DNA from: the human T2T-CHM13v2.0 reference genome, Homo sapiens
Direction: 5' to 3' (one strand)
Assembly (NCBI RefSeq): GCF_009914755.1
Contig: NC_060931.1
Length of the DNA: 64,000 nucleotides
Within the stretch, counting starts at the first letter, position 1. The number at the start of each line of letters is the position of its first letter. The notes beneath the pieces were generated by a model, which ran no database searches, was not told where the DNA came from, and saw nothing but the letters and a program-made list of their open reading frames with translations. Both the position numbers and the translations under genes were made by a program. This document shows positions 56,765-64,000 of this stretch, one piece after another.

Positions 56765-57108
56765 TGTATTGGTCCATTCTTACGCTGCTATGAAGAAATA
56801 CCCGAGACTGGGTAATTTATAAAGAAAAGAGGTTTAATTGACTCACAATTCCGCATGGCTAGGGGTGCCTCAGGAAACTTACAATTATGTTGGAAGGCGC
56901 CTTTCACAGGGTGGCAGGAGAGACAGTGAGTGCAAGCTGGGGAAATGCCAGATGCTTACAAAACCATCAGATCTTGTGAGACTCACTATCATGAAAACAG
57001 CATGGGGGAAACCAACACCATGATCCAGTTACCTCCACCTGGCCCCACCCTTATGGGGATTACAATTCAAGTGAGATTTTGGTGGGGACATGGAGCCAAA
57101 CCATATCA
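56765..57108 (-). mobile_element. THE1 (MaLR) solo LTR inside an old L1M
   Basis: tgtattggtccattcttacgctgctatgaagaaatacccgagactggg...gagccaaaccatatca. TSD CCACA / CCAAA. Confidence 0.88.
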
Positions 57109-57902
57109 CCAAATTAGTCTTGTTTCTTTTGGAACCTCCTGTAAATAGAGTCTTACATCAGGTACTATGTTGTGTCTCACTTATTTCACTCAACATTAAC
57201 TCTGTAAGATTCATGCATGTTGTTGTGTGTATCAATAATCAGTTCTTTCTCACTGCTGTGCAGGAATTGGTAGGTTGACGTGTATAAGTAGGTTTAGCAT
57301 TAGTAATGAATATCAAATATTTTTCTAAATTAATAAAGTAAAAGTTCTAGTTATTCCACATCCTCACTCATTCTTAATACTTTTGCTCATTTTCATTTTA
57401 GCCATTACCCACTGATGGGTAAGGAGTGACTTTAACTGGCATTTATCTGATAACTAATATTCTGAGGATCTTTTTATATATTCATTGGCTATTTTTCTAT
57501 TCTCTTTTGGAAAGTGTTTAAATCTTTTACCCCCTTTTAAATGAATTTTTAAATTTAATATAAGTACTTCATTATATGTTCTCTATAAACCCATTATTGG
57601 GTATATATGTACTGCAAATATTTTCTCTCAGTTTGTGCTCACCTTTCATTGTCTGAATAATTTAATGAACAAAAAGTCTTATGTAAATAAAAGTCAATAG
57701 TTTAATGGTTATTATACAGATATGTTTTATCATTTTCTTGGAGAATGTTGACTATTTTAGCTTTCAAATATAAGTCTTTGCCCCATCTTCAAAGTAGTTT
57801 TATGTGGTATAAAGGCCCATGTCCTTAAAAAAAAATGCATAATACAAATGACCCAACACCATTACTGAGAAGATGGTTATGTCTCCCTTGACTTGCAATT
57901 GA

Positions 57903-58238
<336 letters not shown>

Positions 58239-59088
58239 TTGAACTATGTATCCTTTTCACTGGTTTATTTGACTCTCCTTGCACCAATATTACAGTCTTA
58301 ATTACTGTCTCTTTATAATAGGTCTTTGTATCTGTTAGTGTTGAGTTTTACAGCTGTGTTCTTCTTCAACATTACTGGACTCTTCTTATTCCCCTGCATA
58401 CATTTTACTCTTCACACACATTTTAGAATAATCTTGATTTCCACTAAAAAAAATGCAGAATTTTTAAATGATATTGAATCTATAGACCAATTTAGGGAAG
58501 ATTCACCTGTTAAAATATTTTCTTCCTATCCAGGATATCATCTGTATCTCTGCTTATTAGGTCTTTAACCTCTGTCAGTAATGTTTTCTATGTAATTCTA
58601 AACTCTGATCTTTGATTTTTTTTTTTTTTTTTTTTTTTTTTAACCTAGTGAAACTGCACTCTCTGGTAGGCTTCATTGCCTTGAGACTGCACTATCTGAA
58701 TGGGCTCTATTTTCCTCAGTTGTTATACAGAAAATACCTGAGCAAGAAAGTTAGTGAATGTGGATACTTACCACATCTTCCCTTATCTCAAGAATTATAA
58801 CTCTGTATGGTGGCCTCTTAGTGCCTGCAAATTATTGCTTTTTAAATTTAAAATATTTTTCCAGCTTGTATTGTATCCCAACATGAGCGAGTTTAAATCT
58901 GTTTCCAGCTACTTCAAAACAACCAGAACCAACCCTAAAATTTTAAAAGTAATTTTTACAAGAAAAATTGTATTTTAATATGTATTTTAACCAGTAGAAT
59001 ATTTTATCTACTTTTGCAATTTTTTGTTTTATTCTATAACTTTTTTCCCAAAAGACTGTAAGATATAATGGAATTGAAAATAAGAACA

Positions 59089-59430
59089 GTTTTTTTTTTT
59101 TAATTCCTTCTTTCTTTTTTTTAATTCTTTTTTTTTTTTTTTTTTGAAAACGGGGTCTCTCTGTTTTGGCCAGGCCGGAGTGTGGTGGTACCATCTTGGC
59201 TCACTGCAACCTCCACCTCTTAGGCTCAAGCGATCCTCCCACCTCAGCCTCCTGAGTAGCTGGTACTATAGGCAAATGCCACCATACCTGGCTAATTTTT
59301 GCATGTTTTGGTAGAGATGGGGTTTCACCATGTTGCCCAGGTTGGTCTTGAACTCCTGAGCTCACATAATTTATCCATTTCAGCCTCTCAAAGTGCTGGG
59401 ATTACAGGCATGAGCCACCATGCCCACCTA
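59089..59430 (-). mobile_element. AluJ with a long compound T-rich tail
   Basis: Antisense dimeric Alu containing gctcaagcgatcctcccacc. Confidence 0.88.
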
Positions 59431-60790
59431 GAATCCAGTTTTTTAATGACAGTGCAGAATATCTGTTTTCTCTGATGTATAAGGTATTTATAGTAAGCGG
59501 CATTTTAAAAACTAGGTTTCCTTATGAAAGATTAATTCTACATGCTGAATACTTGATCCCAAACCAATGAAGTTCTTAATAAGATTGTTCGAGCTAGTCA
59601 GGGACCTAGCAGGATAAAAGAAAAAATGATACATTTAAATTAGGTAATTAGAGGAGTGTTTAACACAAGGGCTATTTACAAGTAGGTAGACATGGTGTAG
59701 AAAAACTACAAGAGTTAGTGCTATACTTGGACAAATAAATTACAGCACTAATACCACCCTTAGTAAAGAAGTGGCACAAAAATAGAGAGGGCTATTTTAA
59801 GAGGAATTCCTGACAAGAACTGAGATATTTAGTCAGGAGATTCATTCTTCCACGAAAAGGATGCCAGAAACGAAAAAACACATTCAGACCTCATTTTTCT
59901 CCCTTCGTTTATTCTCCTGCTGGAGCTTACCTTTTGGTCCAAATGAACAGGATGCCAAAGGAAAGGGAGCTTGTTGATGGAATTCATATAAGTTCAGTCT
60001 TCCAGAACACAGTGTAGGATGGAAATAAATAATGTTTCTGGTTAGGCAAACAGAAACTGTCTAGCACATCAGCGATAGGGTTTGTTTCTCCCCTAATAAC
60101 CATTTCAAGTTGGACTTATTTTCTCAGAAAATAAATTCATAACACACATGCATATATGCATGCCTGTGTACATCTATCTATCTGTTACACCTCAGTTAAG
60201 TAAATTCCTAAAATCAAGTTTAATTTGAGACTATATTAACTACCTATGGAAGTAAACAGTTTTGTAAATTTGAAAATGGAAATTGCTGTTTACCTTATCT
60301 TGCACTTTCTAGCAGGTTCAAAGGCAAAGTTGTGAAGTAAGTCCTTTTCCTCCTCACTTTTGAACTCTTTCCACATTTTCTGTTTTATTAGACTATGAGA
60401 AGTTTAAGGCCTTAATGAAATGTAACTCCTCTCTATGGTACTCTACCCAACCTCTTAATATCTCAGGGAAAGACTTTCTATCCTACAATGATATCAATTA
60501 AACTAGAGTGACTTTCACAATACAAGTAACTGATACAGGATATATTGTATTTAAGAAGATGATTTCATAGGACAATAAATCCTCAAAGCCATAGTGATAA
60601 TAATTTTATTGCAAAATGAATCACATAGTATCTTTTTGTTTACTCGAAGGGGAAGGTCCTAGTTTATGGTCCTTTTATACCTCTCTAACACTTTCTTATT
60701 CCCCTCTTCCCCCTTTAAATAGAGAGAGAGCATTCTGTAAACTCAGAATTATCATGATTGTAGTCCTGATAAACTGACATCTATTAATTA

Positions 60791-61108
<318 letters not shown>

Positions 61109-61615
61109 TAAAGGAGAGAGTAAGATCTCATCTCAAAAAAAAAAGTAGTTTTGAAATCCTTGCATTAATTTATTTACATTTACTCTCTATTAAGAGCAAA
61201 TACTACCTGTTTAACACATATTGAAGTGATTTATTATATAAATTTATGTAATTTTTGTACATAAATTTCTAAAAGTAGAAAATATCAAGTCCATAATAGC
61301 ATAAGCAGGACATATATAGGACAAACCTTATCCAGGTGGTAATTCTTAAGGTTTAAGGAGAATGGGCAATGTCTTTGTTTTTGTTCTCTGTTGTATTTTC
61401 TATTCTTTTAACAATGTGTGACACAGAGTAGATCATCAATAAACATATGTTGTGTGATTGAATTTTTAATTGGAATTTAAGACAGACTAGTAAAAAGAAA
61501 TGTCTTTGGAAAGACACCTTCAAGCTATATCATGTAGGTCAATTCTAGTTTTGCCTACCCAAGAGGCTGAATCTACTGTTATGGAATGTGTTACTTGTCT
61601 TTCAAATTTCATCTT

Positions 61616-64000
61616 TGCTATGGTTTGAACGTTCCTGTTCCCTTTTGGGAAGTAATTAAGTCATGTGGGGTCAGCTCTGGTGAATGGATTAGTACCCTTA
61701 GAAAAGGGCTTGAGGAAACTAGCTAGGCCCTTTTTACCCCTTTGCTTTTTCCACCATGTGTGTGATGGCAGCGGTGGGCTGTATGGAGCTGCCATCATGC
61801 TGGCTTCAGCAGGGAGGTATGGGCAGTGGTGGCAGGAGTTGCTGCAGGAGCAGCGGTGGCAGCAGTGGGACCCCTATGTCCCACTTCCCCAAGGCAGCCA
61901 ACTGTACCACCCCCATCCTTGCACAGCCAGGCAGGACCCGCTCACAGGCCCAGGGCCTCTGCCACAGCCTCAATCTTACTCCCCACTGCGTCCTGGGAGC
62001 CTGCGAGCACCTGGGCAAAGGTGCAACAGGGACTCGCAGGGCTGGCCTCAGGAACATAGGGTTCATTTGTGAGGGGTTGGCTGGGGCCACTGCACCACCT
62101 GCACCTCACCTGCCACCACTGCAAGGAAAATGCAGACAGGAGGCATGGATGGGGCTGCATGCTCCATGGAGCCAGTGGGAGCCGGGGACAAGCAGGAGCC
62201 CTGCCCCTTCCAAGCTGGCAGGGCAGAAGTTCCCCAGGTACAATTGCAACTGTCTAAGCCGGGGCTGCAACCTGGGCACCCCTGTGCTTTTGGAAGCCAG
62301 AAGCAGACAGGAGGCCTGCCCTCCCAGGCACAGTTGTGGCAGCCCAAGCCATAGCTGCACACCTAGGCACCTCTGCACTCTTGGTGGCCTGGGAAGACTC
62401 CCCATCCCACCACAGGCTCAGAAGTGCCTGCTCCCACTGTCCAGCTTCTCCCTGCTGTCAGCGCCCACTCTGATCAGACAGCAGAGTTGAGGCCAATTCT
62501 GGGTGATGTTGCAACCTAGCCAGGTATGTGCACACTTGGGGCAGTGATAACACGCCAGGCCCCTGCCGCCAGGCCCCTTCTGGACTTTGGGCACCAACAA
62601 GCCAGGGAGGGAGGCCAAGTGGTAGCTGAGGGCAGCTTGACCCTGGCCTGCAGGTGCCTCTCAGCATGAACAACCTGGGTGCCATGAACAGGAGCAGGAG
62701 GCAGACAGGCTCCTGTGTAGAAAGGGGTGGGTACCAATGAAGCGCCACCTTCAAACTGGGGAAGGCCTGAAGCGTGGGGGCCAGGCTGCTGGTCCCACAG
62801 ACCTGAGTGGGAACTTGTGGCACATTTTGGGGACCTGCTCATGGCCGTCCATGGACCAATCAGCATGCACTTCATTCTCGCTGAGGCCCATAAAAGCCCC
62901 AGACCTCAGCCAGACTAGAAGACATGAGGAGATGACCAACTGCAGAGAGGAGCTACGCACTCTGCTGAGAGCAAAAGAGATGAGGGGATGACCAGCTGCA
63001 TAGAGCAGCTACCCTCTCCCCTGAGAGCAGAAGAGATGACAGAACAACCAGCTGCAAAGAGCTGATACCCTCTCTGTTGAGGAAGAAGAGATGACAGGAC
63101 GACCAGCGGTAGGGAGGAGCTACCCTCTCTGCTAGGAGCTGAACACTCATTGGGACACCCTGGCTACGGAGAGGAGCTACCCACTGCAGGTCTCCTCTGA
63201 GCTATTCTATTGCTCAGTAAAGCTCCTCCTCATCTTGCTCAACTTCTACTTGTCTGTGTACCTCATTCTTCTTGGATGCAAGACAAGAACTAGGCACCTG
63301 CCAAATGGCGGGGCTAAAAGAGCTGTAACATAAACTGGACTGAAACACACGCCTTACTCACAATGTTGCAGGTGACAAGAAGGAGAGAAGAGCTGCAGCC
63401 CTTAAGGGCCCAGACCTAGGAGCTCCCCAAGCCAAGGCTCTGACACCCTCTTTAGGGCTCTAAGGTTCTTGGCATCTCCAAGCATCTGGGTGCCACTGCA
63501 TTCCCCAGTGTCAGCCAAGGAAGCTTCTTATGGTACACCTGGTCCAGCTGTGCTTCATAGGGAGCCAGCACCCATGCCAGTTCCTGGAACTGCCTGCCCC
63601 ACCGCAGCCAGCATGTCTGGCTGTGCAGTGGCTGGACCCCACACTTGCTCACACACCCCTTGCTGCTCTGTGCCTGGCTTGCCCTTGGCACGTATGGTAT
63701 CCAGGCCAGTAGTGTGAGCCAAGTGCAGCCTGCTGGGCCAAGTGGGTGGAATGAGCCCAGTAGGCCAGAGCAAAACTCAGAAAAAGGTGCTACTGGCCAC
63801 AGAGGTTTCTGGCTGGTGAAGTGACACCCCAACGGTATTATAACATGAGGACACAGAATTCAAGGTGCCATCTTGAAGCAGAGGGAGCCGCTTTCACTCA
63901 ACAATGAACCTACTGGCACCTTGATGTTCAGCTTCCCAGACTCCAGAACTGTGAGAAGTAAATTTCTATTCCTTGTAAGTTACTCAGTCTCAAGTATTTT
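61616..64000 (+). mobile_element. MST-type MaLR LTR split by MER52 (pieces 61616-61762 and 63846-64000)
   Basis: tgctatggtttgaac...ttccaccatg on the left continues as tgaggacacag...caaggtgccatcttgaagcagag...ccagaactgtgaga on the right. Confidence 0.75.
61763..63845 (+). mobile_element. MER52-family ERV1 solo LTR (~2.1 kb, MER52D-like)
   Basis: Starts TGATGGCAGCGGTGGGC and ends ...TATAACA. GC-rich, with 4-bp TSD TGTG / TGAG and internal ~56-bp repeats. Confidence 0.8.

Noticed and set aside
62934-63190. CRISPR-like repeat-spacer array
   Set aside because: The units are degenerate tandem copies with related linkers, not identical repeats with unique spacers. The context is a eukaryotic LTR with no cas genes.
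61665-63832. Dense overlapping ORFs of up to 244 aa
   Set aside because: All lie within the GC-rich MER52 LTR and occur in many frames on both strands, with no domain-like sequence.

Overview
This is vertebrate (almost certainly human) genomic DNA containing the whole TMEM106B gene on the + strand. It has a CpG-island promoter and non-coding exon 1 (about 4110/4180-4312) and an optional 194-nt 5'UTR exon inside a MER4-type LTR (7090-7283). Seven coding exons (7700-24871) splice into an 825-nt, 274-aa ORF. The AU-rich 3'UTR has three tiers of poly(A) signals (about 25.6-25.8 kb, 30.1 kb and 35.9 kb). The remaining ~28 kb is intergenic and made mostly of L1, Alu, LTR and DNA-transposon relics. 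Codon 185 is AGC (Ser) and there is no full-length Alu in the long 3'UTR, so this looks like the S185 / Alu-minus haplotype usually described as protective in neurodegeneration, not the T185 haplotype. I did not find a convincing new gene or biological system. The best leads are regulatory hypotheses: (i) a uORF whose overlap with the main start codon is switched by the LTR-derived exon; (ii) a donor-like site directly followed by (TG)15, resembling a TDP-43-repressed cryptic exon; (iii) haplotype-sensitive miR-132/212 and CCAAT/CTCF sites; (iv) an inverted L1 pair across the 3' end. Repeat subfamily names and rsIDs come from memory and need checking.
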